NCBI GenBank assembly: GCA_002104905.1
Contig: MCFE01000123.1
Location: 62,001-126,000 of the forward strand
Direction: 5' to 3'
DNA length: 64,000 nucleotides
Origin: Basidiobolus meristosporus CBS 931.73
Lineage: Eukaryota > Fungi > Basidiobolomycota
The position numbers and the translations under genes are program-made. Below, piece by piece: positions 10,444 to 22,636 of the stretch. The notes beneath the pieces were generated by a model. It searched no databases, had not been told where the DNA came from, and saw only the letters and a program-made list of their open reading frames with translations. Numbering within the stretch: position 1 is the stretch's first letter; every line of letters begins with the position of its first letter.

Positions 10444-11726
10444 AATATGCAAGATCCATGGAATTTACACCATATCTCATACACACTATGTTTACCCTCA
10501 CACCAACACTAAGTCCATAATCTTCCTGCAGAGAGAGCAAACAGAAGTCAGCCTGCAATTGCAGCAAAGTTGGCAAGCTATATGCCATTGACCACAATAT
10601 GAAATTAATAGGAAACCATAGATACTTAAGATAGAGAGTATCTATTGGAGTAAAAGCATTCCACTAGGAGGAATGCATTTGCTTTTCAACAATATATCTG
10701 TATTATTGACCAAGTTGTTTATGTTGTAAGAGTCTTGGAGATATTGGAAGTGATTGGGAGAACAAGTAGATAATGTGGTTTTTACTTAATGATTTGTTGA
10801 ATGTAAAAGTAGTATTTATACTTTTACATGGTCTTGGCATAACAAACATGTAGAATAGGTTAAGGAAGGTCCCAAGAATATGTGTGCAAAGTTTGGGGCT
10901 GTTTGGACAACTTTGAGAATTTTCATGTTCTGGGTACCTGGTATTTTGGTGAAAATATTCTAAGTAAATCCCAACAAGGAGCTTGGTCAGTATTCTCTAG
11001 GATTTGAGGGTAATGATCTAAGTGACTAAGCTAGGTGAATATTTAGGTGGAATTACAAGTTTTTACAACACTCCCACACAGCTAAATGTTCATACTGACT
11101 AGTCTTAATTTTGACCTAAGATATTCAAACTTGTCTCTAGCTAATGGTTTAGTAAATATGTCTGCAGTCATTTCATTTGTAGGACAGTAAACTAGGCTAA
11201 CTAAGTTATTCTCTATAGCTTCATGCATGAAATGATGTCTAATATCTATGTGCTTGGTTCTAGCATGCAAAGTTGGATTTCTACCTAATTGTATACATCC
11301 ATGATTATCTTGAAACAAGGTAATAGGCGTTTTTGACATAGGCCTAAGTCTGTAAAAAGCTTTCTTAACCACATTGCTTCTTTTGTAGCTTCACAGGCTG
11401 CCATCTACTCTGCATCTGTGGTGGAAAGTGCTACGGTTGGTTGCTTTCTTGAATTCCATGAAATTGCTCCTTTACAGTAAAGAAAGGTGCATCCTGTGGT
11501 GGATCTTCTGTCTTCTAAATTTTGTCCCCAATCTGCATCAGAGTATCCCACAAGATCCTGTTCTGAGTCCTTATAAGTGTATCTTAAGCAGATATCAGCA
11601 GTTCCTTTTAGGTATCTAAAAATCCGCTAAACTGCTGCAATATGATCAGATCCATAGTTCTGATTATGTTGGCTGACAACTCCCACTGAATATGAGATTT
11701 CTGGACGTGTTCCAAGCATGATATAC

Positions 11727-14700
11727 TGTTGCAATTTAAGAAGTGATTTGGATATAAGGAACTTATCAAGAAATAGTGATAATAGTTGAACTGTTGTTTA
11801 TTCATAAAGAAGCTCAGTATTTATACCTTTGTAGAAGTAATACAGCTGCAACACTAAGTAGGGAGGGTTTCTCAATATTCAGGAGCATTCTGTAGCAGTT
11901 TCAGGGTTAGTACATAATGTTTGGTAATAGTGCTAATTTGATCCTGACGATAGGGGAATAATCATAAGATCATATATCTAGAGAAAGTGGCAAAGTTAAG
12001 GCAGTAAATGAGTCCTACAATGACTAAGACTAGCCTAGAATTGTTAAGTAAATTTTTAGCTGCTGAATGATACTAAATAGTCCAATATTTCAACACTCCC
12101 CCTCAACTAAATAATTTCTTAATCCCAATTTCTCTCTAAGGATCTCAAACTGTGGCCTAGCTAGTGGTTTTGTCAATATGTCTGCCACCATTTTGTCAGT
12201 TGGGCAGTAAACCAGCTCTATTAAGTTATTTTCTACAGCTTCCCTCACAAAGTGAAGCTGTATATCAATGTGCTTAGTTCTGGCATGATTAGTAGGATTT
12301 CTAGCTAATGAAATACAACTTTGATTATCCTTGTAAATACATGTTGGTTCACCTGAATTAAAACCTAAGTCTTTGAATAATTTTCGTAGCCATATAGCCT
12401 CCTTAGTTGCTTGACATGCAGCCATATATTTGGCTTCAGTTGTAGATAGTGCCACAGTTGGTTGTTTCTTGCAATTCCAAGTAATAGCTGCACCAGCATA
12501 AAGAAATACATAGCCTGTGGTAGAGCGTCTGTCAATCAAATCCCTACCCCAATCTGAATCACTATAACCATCAAATTTTTGCCTATTAGCTGCTCCAGAG
12601 TATTCCAGTACCATATTTATGGTACCTTGTAGATATCTGAAAATCCGCTTAACTGCTGCAATTTGATCTGATCCATAATTCTGCATAAATTGACTGACTA
12701 TTCCAACTGCTACTGCAATATCTGGACGTGTAGACACCATCAAGTACATTAGGCTACCAACCATAGATTGATAGGGAAAGTTTTGGTCCATATTTGAGCC
12801 GTTTTCATCTATAACTGGCTGAGATTTGCTTAATTTCAGGTTATTGTCCATAGGGGTTGCTGCAGGCTTGCAATTTTCCATTTTGAAGCTTCTAAGAATG
12901 TCCCTGATGTACTTAGACTGATTCAGCACAATTTTCTGCGTAGGTATGTCAAATTTGACCTCAATTCCAAGAAAATAGCTCAATTTTCCAAGATCTTTCA
13001 TCTCGAACTTGCTGAAGAGATCTGATTTTGTCTGTTTAAGTGCCTCTTGATCACTTGTAGCTATAATTAGGTCGTCCACATAAAGAACTAGGATGATCAC
13101 ACCCTTTTTGAGCTGTTTCACATATATACTGTGATCTGCAGTGCTACGAGAGAACCCAATTTCCTCTAGATATGTGTCAATCTTGTTATACCATGCTCTG
13201 GGTGCCTGCTTAAGCCCATACAATGATTTTCTAAGTTTGCACACCTTATGGGGGCTTTTTGGATCGGTAAAACCTTCTGGTTGCTCCATATATATAGTTT
13301 CTTGCAAATCCCCATTTAGAAAGGCTGTTTTGACGTCCATTTGGTGTAGATCTAGACTGCGTACAGCTGCCAGGGCTAGAACTGTCCTAATAGAGTTAAA
13401 CTTGGCAACCGGAGCAAATGTTTCCTTAAAGTCTAGTCCCTGGATCTGGGAATAGCCTTTAGCTACCAATCTAGCCTTGTACTTATCAACGGCACCATTT
13501 GAGGTTATCTTGATCTTGTAGACCCATCTACATCCTATTGGCTTTCTCCCATTTGGTAAATCTACCAGTTCCCACGTTTTTGCCTTGGTCAGTGATTGGT
13601 ACTCCTCCTGCATGGCTTGTTGCCACTTAGTAGCATCTGGACCTTGCATTGCCTGTTCCAGATTCAGAGGTTTGGCACATAAGGCAAGATAAGCTTCTTC
13701 ATGATCATTGGATGTCTGCCACCAGGATCCAGGGGCATTTCTTATTCTGGTAGATCTCCTAACTGGGATAATCTGTTCTGATCTGGAACTGGCAGAAGTA
13801 TCTTCCATCTCTGGCTGGATTTGGTACGTATCTTCCTCATTTGTGTTGATTGCATCATCAGGCAGCTGGCCAATGATTTCTGTGGCTTTCTGATCTGAAT
13901 TCTCCTCAAATACAACGTCCCTGCTCTTGATCAGCTTCTGAATTTCGCCATCATACACTCTATACCCTTTAGTATCTTCACAATACCCAAGAAAGACCCC
14001 TTTTCTACTCTTTGGTTCCAACTTTGAGCGTTTTTTGTCAGGGATGTGATAAAAAACATCACTGCCAAAGATCCTGAGGTGCTGGAGATCTGGTTTTTTG
14101 CCTGTATATGCTTCAAAGGGTGTAGAATCACGTAGTGCTGTTGTTGGGCATCTGTTCTTGATGTATACAGCGGTAGCAACAGATTCAGCCCAAAACTTGT
14201 AGTCCATTCCCTTATCATGTAGCATAGATCTTCCCATCTCTACTATTGTTCTATTTGCACGTTCTGCTACTCCATTTTGCTGTGGAGTATGAGGAACTGT
14301 GGTCTGTTGAAGTATACCAGTAGACATGCAGTATTTTGCAAACTCCTTTGAGCAGTATTCTCCTCCATTGTCACTTTGTAGTACCTTCAATTTACACCCA
14401 GTTTGTGTTTCTGCCATGTTCTTGAAGTGCTTAAACGTCTCTAAAGCTTCATCCTTTGTTTTGAGGAAGTGCACCCATGTATATCTTGTCTTGTCATCAA
14501 TAAACGTCATAAAGTATCTCTTGGCTCCAAAGGACAGTGTTCTCATGGGGCCACAAATGTCTGAGTGTACAATAGCCAATATTTTGGTAGTATTGATGCC
14601 TTCTGAGCTCTTGAAACGTTGCCTAGCTTGTTTGCCATATGAACATCCCTTACAAACATTCAATTTAATTGGAATTGAGTATTTTAGGCCCAAAACAAGC

Positions 14701-16413
14701 TGATTTTTCACCAATTGGCTCATTTTCTGTTCCCCTATGTGTCCTAGCCTCCTATGCCACGTCTCCCAGTTGGTTTCATCAGTTTCAGCAATGTTGACAT
14801 ACTCAGGTACAATGATCTTGCATTGTAACTTGTAAATATTGTGATCACTGATTCCCAAAGCCAATTTTTGTCCATTTTCACTCAATATTGAGCAGCTCAG
14901 CTTAGTAAAAACGAATTTCAGTCCCTGAGTAGTTGCTTTACTGACTGAGAGTAGGTTCTTAGCTATTCCAGGTACATAGAGTACGTCAGTCAGTTTTGCT
15001 ATTGTTGCCCCTGAGTTATCACTCATATTTAGTTGTATAGACCCACTAGCGGTAGCTTCCAATGCAGAGTTATCTCCCAGATAAACCTTTCTTACGGGAA
15101 TAGTCTTTAAGTTGCTGAACCAATCCTTTATACCACAAATATGCTGTGATGCTCCAGAGTCAATATACCGTTCATTACTTCGGTTACTTGCACTCTCTTG
15201 TACAGTGACAAATAACTGTTCATCAGTAGTTATATGGTTTGCCTGCTCCAGTTTCTGTTTTTTGTCTGCTTGTTTCTTCTTGCATTCTCTTGCCCAGTGT
15301 CCTGGCTTCGTACAGTAGTTACAGCAGCCAGGTTTTCTTTGGTTTTGTTGCTTTCCCTTCTTTTCTGTATGCCTTTCTGAACTGAATAAAGCATTATCTT
15401 CAATTTTCTCTGCTTGATCATTACGTCTGAGTTCTTCATGGAGAAGTCTTCCTTTGAAATAGTCTAAAGTCAAGTTGTCTTCTCTGCTTTCAAAAGAAAG
15501 TATGAGTGGCTCATACTTGTCTGGTAGGCTGCAAAGCAGACAGAGTATCTTTTCTTCATCATCTACACCAGCATTAATACTGTAAAGTTCTTCTGCAAGT
15601 GTCTCCATTCTGGTAATGAGTTGTAGCATGTCATCATCTGGCTTTTTTCTCATGTAGAAGAACTTTTGTTTCAAATAATGCTTGCTTGATACTGACTTTG
15701 CTCTAAAGATCTTCTCTAAGGATTCCCACGCTGCTTTGGCAGTAATTGAGGCATGGATTTGTCCAATGAAGGAGTCTTGCACATTGATGCATATTGCATT
15801 GAAGGCCTTTCTCTCCTTCTCTTGAAACTTCTCCACATCTTCTGCTGTTCCTTTGGGCTCAACTTCCTTTCCTGTTACTATGTTCCAAAGCTTTCTTTCC
15901 TCAAGGTGGATCTGCATCTTGATTCTCCAAAGTCTATAGTTCTTCCCATCAAACCTCTCCTTTACAGGGAAGATGTTGGTATTGCTTTGTTTGCTGGTAG
16001 AAGTCATCTTTTAGAATAGATTAAGGCAATTGGGGCTCATAACCTGTTGCAATTTAAGAAGTGATTTGGATATAAGGAACTTATCAAGAAATAGTGATAA
16101 CAGTTGAACTGTTGTTTATTCATAAAGAAGCTCAGTATTTATACCTTTGTAGAAGTAATACAGCTGCAACACTAAGTAGGGAGGGTTTCTCAATACTCAG
16201 GAGCATTCTGTAACAGTTTCAGGGTTAGTACATAATGTTTGGTAATAGTGCTAATTTGATCCTGACTATAGGGGAATAATCATAAGATCATATATCTAGA
16301 GAAAGTGGCAAAGTTAAGGCAGTAAATGAGTCCTACAGTGACTAAGACTAGCCTAGAATTGTTAAGTAAATTTTTAGCTGCTGAATGATACCAAATAGTC
16401 CAATATTTCAACA
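11727..16413 (-). mobile_element. Full-length Ty1/copia element (family B), 369-bp LTRs, TSD TATAC
   Basis: LTRs 11727..12095 and 16045..16413 differ at 6 positions. TATAC at 11722-11726 and 16414-16418; PPT AGGGGGAG; PBS GGTTATGAGCCCC of the Drosophila-copia type (internal tRNAiMet half priming). Confidence 0.97.
12090..16007 (-). CDS. Copia gag-pol polyprotein, 1305 aa (gag, zinc knuckle, protease, integrase, RT, RNase H)
   Basis: CNYCTKPGHWAREC, IDSGAS, HSDICGP/FIDD/SDNGGEY/AERANR, YVDDL and YSDSDW in the copia order IN-RT-RH. Confidence 0.97.
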   Translation of the reverse strand: MTSTSKQSNTNIFPVKERFDGKNYRLWRIKMQIHLEERKLWNIVTGKEVEPKGTAEDVEKFQEKERKAFNAICINVQDSFIGQIHASITAKAAWESLEKIFRAKSVSSKHYLKQKFFYMRKKPDDDMLQLITRMETLAEELYSINAGVDDEEKILCLLCSLPDKYEPLILSFESREDNLTLDYFKGRLLHEELRRNDQAEKIEDNALFSSERHTEKKGKQQNQRKPGCCNYCTKPGHWARECKKKQADKKQKLEQANHITTDEQLFVTVQESASNRSNERYIDSGASQHICGIKDWFSNLKTIPVRKVYLGDNSALEATASGSIQLNMSDNSGATIAKLTDVLYVPGIAKNLLSVSKATTQGLKFVFTKLSCSILSENGQKLALGISDHNIYKLQCKIIVPEYVNIAETDETNWETWHRRLGHIGEQKMSQLVKNQLVLGLKYSIPIKLNVCKGCSYGKQARQRFKSSEGINTTKILAIVHSDICGPMRTLSFGAKRYFMTFIDDKTRYTWVHFLKTKDEALETFKHFKNMAETQTGCKLKVLQSDNGGEYCSKEFAKYCMSTGILQQTTVPHTPQQNGVAERANRTIVEMGRSMLHDKGMDYKFWAESVATAVYIKNRCPTTALRDSTPFEAYTGKKPDLQHLRIFGSDVFYHIPDKKRSKLEPKSRKGVFLGYCEDTKGYRVYDGEIQKLIKSRDVVFEENSDQKATEIIGQLPDDAINTNEEDTYQIQPEMEDTSASSRSEQIIPVRRSTRIRNAPGSWWQTSNDHEEAYLALCAKPLNLEQAMQGPDATKWQQAMQEEYQSLTKAKTWELVDLPNGRKPIGCRWVYKIKITSNGAVDKYKARLVAKGYSQIQGLDFKETFAPVAKFNSIRTVLALAAVRSLDLHQMDVKTAFLNGDLQETIYMEQPEGFTDPKSPHKVCKLRKSLYGLKQAPRAWYNKIDTYLEEIGFSRSTADHSIYVKQLKKGVIILVLYVDDLIIATSDQEALKQTKSDLFSKFEMKDLGKLSYFLGIEVKFDIPTQKIVLNQSKYIRDILRSFKMENCKPAATPMDNNLKLSKSQPVIDENGSNMDQNFPYQSMVGSLMYLMVSTRPDIAVAVGIVSQFMQNYGSDQIAAVKRIFRYLQGTINMVLEYSGAANRQKFDGYSDSDWGRDLIDRRSTTGYVFLYAGAAITWNCKKQPTVALSTTEAKYMAACQATKEAIWLRKLFKDLGFNSGEPTCIYKDNQSCISLARNPTNHARTKHIDIQLHFVREAVENNLIELVYCPTDKMVADILTKPLARPQFEILREKLGLRNYLVEGEC

Positions 16414-19400
16414 TATACATCAGACTGCCGACCATAGATAGATAAGGAAAGTCAGGGCTTTCAGATGGCACCAAGCTCTCTTGATTTGGTTGAGTTTTGA
16501 CCAAGTTAAGGTTTGTCTCCATTGGGGTAGCTTTCTTTAGTATATCTTGAATATACTTGGATTGACTTAGGGTGATAGTCTGGGTACTTCTGTGTATGGA
16601 GAACTTAGTCCCTAAGTAGTAACTAAGTTCTTCTAGATTGGACATCTTGGACTCCTTAGATAGGCTGGATTTAGTCTCTTCCAATGTTTCTAGGTTATTG
16701 GCAGCTATAATAAGATCATCCACATATAGAGCAAATAGAACTGGATTTGCTCTATCTGGCTTATAGTATATACTTTAGTCAGCATTACTTCTTTTGAAAC
16801 TCAAAGATTCCAAATAAGAATCTATCTTGCAATTCCAGGCTCTTGGTGATTGTTTGAGACCATATAGTGACTTTTTAAGCTTGCAGACCAAATGGGGGTT
16901 ATCTTGGTCAACAAACCCATCAGGCTGGTTCATATACACATCCTCATCAAGTTCTCCATTCAAAAATGCAGTTTTTACATCCATTTGATGAATAAAAAAC
17001 TTATATTTGGCTGCAATAGCCAATATTAATCTGATGGAATTAAACTTGGCTACTGGTGCAAAGGTCTCAGTATAGTAAAGTCCTTTTGTTTGAGAGTTTC
17101 CTTTGGCTACAAGTCTTGCTTTGTATCTTTCAATTGTACCATAGCCTTGAATTTTGTCTTGAAGACCCATCTTCATCCAATTAATTTTTGGTTGATTGGT
17201 AATTTGACTAAGTCCCAAGTTTGATTTTCCATCAGGGCCTGATATTCCTCAGTCATTGCAGATCTCCAGAGCTTTGTCTGAGGGCTATTTAGGGCCTCTT
17301 TTACAGTCTGGGATTCATCAACATGGACTGAATAGGCATAGGCTTAGTTTGTACCCTCATTGATATAGTAATTTGGGCTATTTCTTGTCCAATTGGATCT
17401 CCGGGCATTTGATACTGGAATGATCACTTCTAGCATATTCCTGGGCACCAATTCTGGCTAAATCACGGTTGTAGAGTCCTCTGGAGTGAGAAAATTTTCA
17501 TTGTTTTGCTCTGATTCAATCCTGACAATTGGTGGACTTGAGATCAAATTTTGGTCATCATTTGATGTCATTTTTTGTGAAAATTTTGAATTTTCATCAA
17601 ACAACACATCCCTGGGCTTGATAAGCTTCTTTGCTTTAGTATTGTAGAGTCTATATGCCTTACTCTCATTGCAGTAGCCCTAAAATAAGCATTTTACACT
17701 TTTTGGCTCAAATTTTGACTGATTTCCGGCCAGTTTTTTGGCATATGCTGTACACGCAAATATTCTTAGATGTTCTGCACTTGGTATGTATCCATACCAT
17801 GCTTCAAATGGAGTAGAATTGCAAAGTATTCTGTTATAACTCCTATTTTTAAGAACTTAGACAGAGCTTCTTCCTTTCTCTTTATGAAGAAGACCCAAAT
17901 GTATTTTGTATAATCATCAATAAAAGAGTTTTAATACTTTGCCGTGCCCAAGGATAAATTTTGCATAGGTCCACACAGATCTGAGTGAATTAGATCTAAT
18001 TTTTTCTTAGTTTTGATCAACACAGAGCTCTTGAATTGTTGTCTGGCTTGTTTCCCATATATTCAGGCTTCACAGTGCTCCAAACTAGCTAGGGGATCAA
18101 TTTTCACTCCAGAAATTAGCTGATCTTTGATCATTTTAGGCAAATAATCAAAATTGATGTGTCCAAATCTCCTGTGCCAAAGCATTTGTGTTTCTTCATT
18201 TAAGTTACTTATATTGGCCTCCAAATATGTTGGAATGTAGGTCAACCTGTATATATTCTGATCTCTGAAGCCCAAAGCAATATGGGCACCATTTTGATCA
18301 GTGATCCTGCATCCAGAATTGTCAAAACTGAAACAGAGTCCTTCTGCTGTGGCTTTGCTTACAGAGAGTATGTTCTTGGCTATTTCTGGTACATAGAGTA
18401 CTTCTTTAAAGGTCAGTGTATGGCTTCCTTCACTGCTTCTTTGGTTTACTTGGATAGTTCCTTCTCCCACTGCATCAAGTGTTCTATTGTCACCCATGAA
18501 AACCTTCTTATTTGAAATTTCTTGATATTGGGTAAAAAGTTCTTTTTGGTGTGTAAAGTGTTGAGAAGCTCCAGAGTCAATATACCACATCTGAGAATCC
18601 TTGTTTGTGGTCATATTTAGTGCAGATATGAATAGTCTATCTTCAGTTGTTGCAGCATTTCCATATTCAGGCTTCTTTTGCTGATAATCTCTCTTTTTGA
18701 GACACTGGTCTGATGTATGTCCTTCCCTTTTGCAGTAGTTGCAAAATAGGTTGCTGTTGCCTTTGTAGGGTCTTGTGTACCTCCTTTGTTGGTTATCATT
18801 GCTTATTAAAGCATTTTCTTCTTCCTTCTTATTGGCGCTTGATTTTCTTAATTCTTCATCCAGGAGCCTTCCATATATGTAATTAAAGGTCAAATCTTCA
18901 GTTCTGGACTCAAGGGCTGATACAAGGCCCTGCAACTTGTCTGTCAGGCTATGCAGGATGGTAACTATCACATCCTCATCAGTAGTTGGTACGCTCACAG
19001 ATTCCATCTCATCTACCAGCAGGGTAATTCTGTTAATTAGATTTTTCATTACTTCTCCTGGCAGCATCTTTATAGTAAAGAATTTTTGTCTCAGATACAT
19101 TTTCTTGGCAGCTGAACATGACTGGTAGGTGTCTTCTTATGCTTTCCAGGCATTCTTTGCCGTTTTTGCTCTTGAGCATAGAATTAGCAATGTGGCCTTG
19201 ACACTAAGACAAATGCAGTTAAAGGCACTTTGTTCTTTCTTCTGGTACTTTAAGGCTTCCTTTCCCATGTTTTTAGGAGGGCATTCTTCTCCCATGACAA
19301 TATCCCAACAGAACAAGTAGATAATGTGGTTTTCACTTAATGATTTATTGAATGTAAAAGTAGTATTTATACTTTTACCTAGTCTTGGCATTACAAACAC

Positions 19401-19796
19401 ATAGAATAGGTTAAGGAAGGTCCCAAGAACATGTGTGCAAAGTTTGGGGCTGTTTGGACAACTTTGAGAATTTTCATGTTCTGGGTACCTGGTATTTTAG
19501 TGGAAATATTCTAAGTAAATCATGACAAGGAATTTGGTCAGTATTCTCTAGGATATGAGGGTAATGATCTAATTGACTAAGTTAGGTGAATATTTAGGTG
19601 GAATTACAAATTTTTACAATAGTTTATAGGGCATCACAAGCTGTGTGAGCACTTCACGATGCCAGAAAAATTTAAAAGAATTGAAAAGACACTACAGAGT
19701 ATCTGCTACCCTGAGTACTTCTCACAGGGTCCAATCAAAATTCAGATTCATATACAACAATATAAGTGCAAGGACTGGATGAACTGGATATGTACT

Positions 19797-20233
19797 AGAC
19801 TTCTTCTGTTGGATAGTGCCCTATTGATCCATGAGTTCCAGGTGATGCCATAGCATGCCAGGGAAGCCAAGTGAACATATACTTGGCCACAGAGTGTGGA
19901 ACAAAGCTATGCATCTTCATTCAAAGCAGCCCCTATGTTTCACCTATTTTGCAGGAGAAAATCCTTTTTTTGGTCTTTTTTGGATCTATGTTGTGCAGGA
20001 TGTGTAAGAGCACAGATTGACTGAAGACATGCATCTGGTACTTAATACTCATGGCACTCTGAATCTAGCTCCTGTGGCTTGTAGCATGTCACAAAAATGC
20101 ATGGCGCTATCTTGGTCCACTGGTACTACTGGGTGCTATGAGTGCCAAGGAAAGGTTCACTTGGCCTCCCTGGCACACTATGGCACTATTTGGCACTCAT
20201 TGCTCAATGAGGCCTATCCAACACAACAAGTCT
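19797..20233. mobile_element. 437-bp deletion derivative of the foldback MITE
   Basis: Same TIRs (AGACTTCTTCTGTTGGATAGTGCC / CTATCCAACACAACAAGTCT); one full arm plus a short opposite arm; flanking triplets ACT and ATG do not match. Confidence 0.85.
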
Positions 20234-21089
20234 ATGTATTCAGGCATCCTTCTGCAGCCATTTCTACCAAGAGTACTTTGGAAGCATTGGGAGCTCAATG
20301 TGCACATTGTGGGAGTATTTATCCAGAAACAAATCACCAATGCCAACTTAACACATCTACAGCTTTTATGCAAGAGGGTTGTGACAGGATTTGAACTGCT
20401 ATACTACAAACATAAGCCTGAATGTGTAGATCTCTGCCACTACTGTATCCATTCTCTACTCCAGCTTGCTTGATGTGTTGACAATACTGGTCCTTACTTC
20501 ACCTTTTGGGAACTTTTTGCGAAGTAGATGTGTGGGGAAATATGAAGACAAGTCAAATTGCAGGTACCACCATACCAATCTCATCAAGAAAAATACCTTT
20601 AAGTCTGTCATGAACTTGATGAGTTGGCATATGAAGGACAGCTAGGACCAGTTGGAAAATACTGAGGACAGATGTGCACATTGAGGCACCTATGCCTATG
20701 GCATTAAAAAGCTAAGCAGCTCCAATATGTGGGTAATAAGCTAAGGGATGCAAAGTTAGGTTGGGTACAACAAGCAACTATTTATTCTTAGGAAAATCTA
20801 CAAGGTATGCCCAATGTCTCTTTGTCACAAGTCAATTTCTACACCATTCATTAAAGTATCCACACAAACAAAAGCCAGAACATACCTTCAAGGGGGACTA
20901 GAATCCAGCAGGGAGAAAGAATATATTGGCTAAGTACCAAGAAGTTCTTTGCCAATATTCAGGAGGTATTCATAGTGGCAGTAGTGACAACTAAGCATAT
21001 GGTTGCAAGATGTATATGTTGCCAGTAATACAAGGTGTATGGCAACTTTGCAAGCATTGCACTAAAAAGCTGCAAGGTTGAGGTGATAG

Positions 21090-21290
21090 AAGTATGTCAA
21101 TTGTGGCAGGTGTATACATTTATAAATGTTAGTAAACAGGAGGCCATAATGGTTTTTGACTTATACTATATGAGGAGTACTCAAGGTAATAAAAGTATGT
21201 CAATTGTGGCAGGTGTGTGCATTTGTAGAGGTTAGTGAGCAGGAGGCCATAGTTGCTTCAACTTGAACTATATGTGAAATACCCAAGGTA
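21090..21290 (+). repeat. Two diverged tandem copies of an approximately 103-bp unit
   Basis: AAGTATGTCAATTGTGGCAGGTGT starts at 21090 and 21193; CAGGAGGCCATA is repeated at the same spacing. Confidence 0.8.
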
Positions 21291-21399
21291 GTAGTGGGTA
21301 AGCAAGTAACAAAGGGTGATTCTACAGTGGAATATATAAATTGCACAAGGGGAGATGGAAAAAGGATTTACTGTTTGGTAAATTGGTATTGTAGCATTT

Positions 21400-22605
21400 T
21401 ACAGAACTAGCTGTATTCTGCTATACCTCCATGAAAGTGTCATCAGAGGCTTGTAAAGAGGCCATTAAAACTCCATCCTGTTTTTTGCCATACAATGTAA
21501 TTGAATTTACTGGCCAGTTAGTTCCACTCAAATAGTTGTAAAGTATGCTAAGACCGCAACAATGCCATGCCACCCTTAGCAAAACACCTGTACAATCACC
21601 ATTGTATTTTTCAGCTTTATTTGGCTGTAAAATTAGCAAAACACTGTTGTGATTCCATTGTAAGATTGTGTCAATGGTCATTAATTCCAAGCTGCTGGTA
21701 TTATGGCAGTCTGCTGATGGGATTTTTACTGCTGAGCCAGATTAGATCTAGCTGCAGGACCAAATTATATTTATGGAGTTTGGCTGCAAGGCTTGCTTTG
21801 TATCTTTCAACTTTACCATCAGCCTTGTGTTGTTTCTTGAAAGCCTATTGGCATTCATGTGGTTTCTGGTTGAGCAGTAATCTGACCAAGTCCCCAGTTT
21901 AATTTCCATCATGCCCTGATACTTCTCAATCATTGCAATCTCCAAAACTTTGTCCAAATGCTAATCATGACCTCTCCTAGAGTCTGGAACTTATCACTAT
22001 AGTCTAAATATTTAAAGGCTAAGCTTGCACCCTCATTAATATGGTGATTTGAGCCATCTTTGGTCTGGTTAGATCTCCTATTTTTGATATATTCAGCTGT
22101 AGCAACTGACTCTGCCTTAAAGTTATAGGACAATATTTGATCACATATCATAAATCTTGCCATTTTGTCTATTGGTATGTAAGAACTCCCTGTTGCTCCA
22201 CTTTACTGTGGGGAGTATGGTACAGTGGTCTCTTGCTCTATCCCATAAATTTTGCAGAAGTGAGTGAAGTGCTTTGCAGCTTATCTTCACCATTGCAAGG
22301 GTGTACTTCTTTGATCTTTTCACCAATTTCTCTCTCCACCATGGCTTTAAGGTACCTGTGCTTAGAGAATGCTGCTTTTTTCTTTACATAAAGTAAATCT
22401 TCATGTATTCATGGTATCATCAATAAAAGTGAGTAAATGCTTCATTCAGCCTAAGAATAAACTCTGCATAGGCACATACAGATGCACATAGATTAGATCT
22501 AATTTTCTCTTTGCTTTTGTTGGCCCATTGTACTGGAACAGTTGTCTAGCCTGTTTCCCTTATATGCAAGCTCCACTGTGCTGCAAATTATATGGGGCAT
22601 CAATT
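21400..22605 (-). mobile_element. Heavily degraded copia-A-like integrase/RT fragment
   Basis: Remnants of AESVATA, KLKDTKQ/ERYKARL and ELMTID (YVDD region) with many stops. Confidence 0.7.
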
Positions 22606-22636
22606 TGTTGTACAAGTCTGGGAGATATTGTAAGTG

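Larger units (their letters stand above)
10722..19621 (-). mobile_element. Copia family-A element, degraded, with TSD GTTTA; hosts the family-B copia
   Basis: 3' LTR 10722..11070 followed by PPT, RNase H (11082..11372), RT, integrase, gag (18063..19100), and a partly deleted 5' LTR ending at 19621. GTTTA at 10717-10721 and 19622-19626. Confidence 0.88.
9309..20600 (+). pseudogene. CACTA/En-Spm transposase relic split by later insertions (segments about 9309-9711, 10447-10721, 19627-19796, 20234-20600)
   Basis: Removing the insertions restores DKFDGKYY, LINLNL, GDT.EIA..AGFSGHNGWYCCLICKIHG, SIPLGGMHLLFNN, YKCKDWMNWI, FELLYY..IHSLL and TGPYFTFW..MCGEI, which are CACTA transposase hallmarks. 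Confidence 0.8.
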
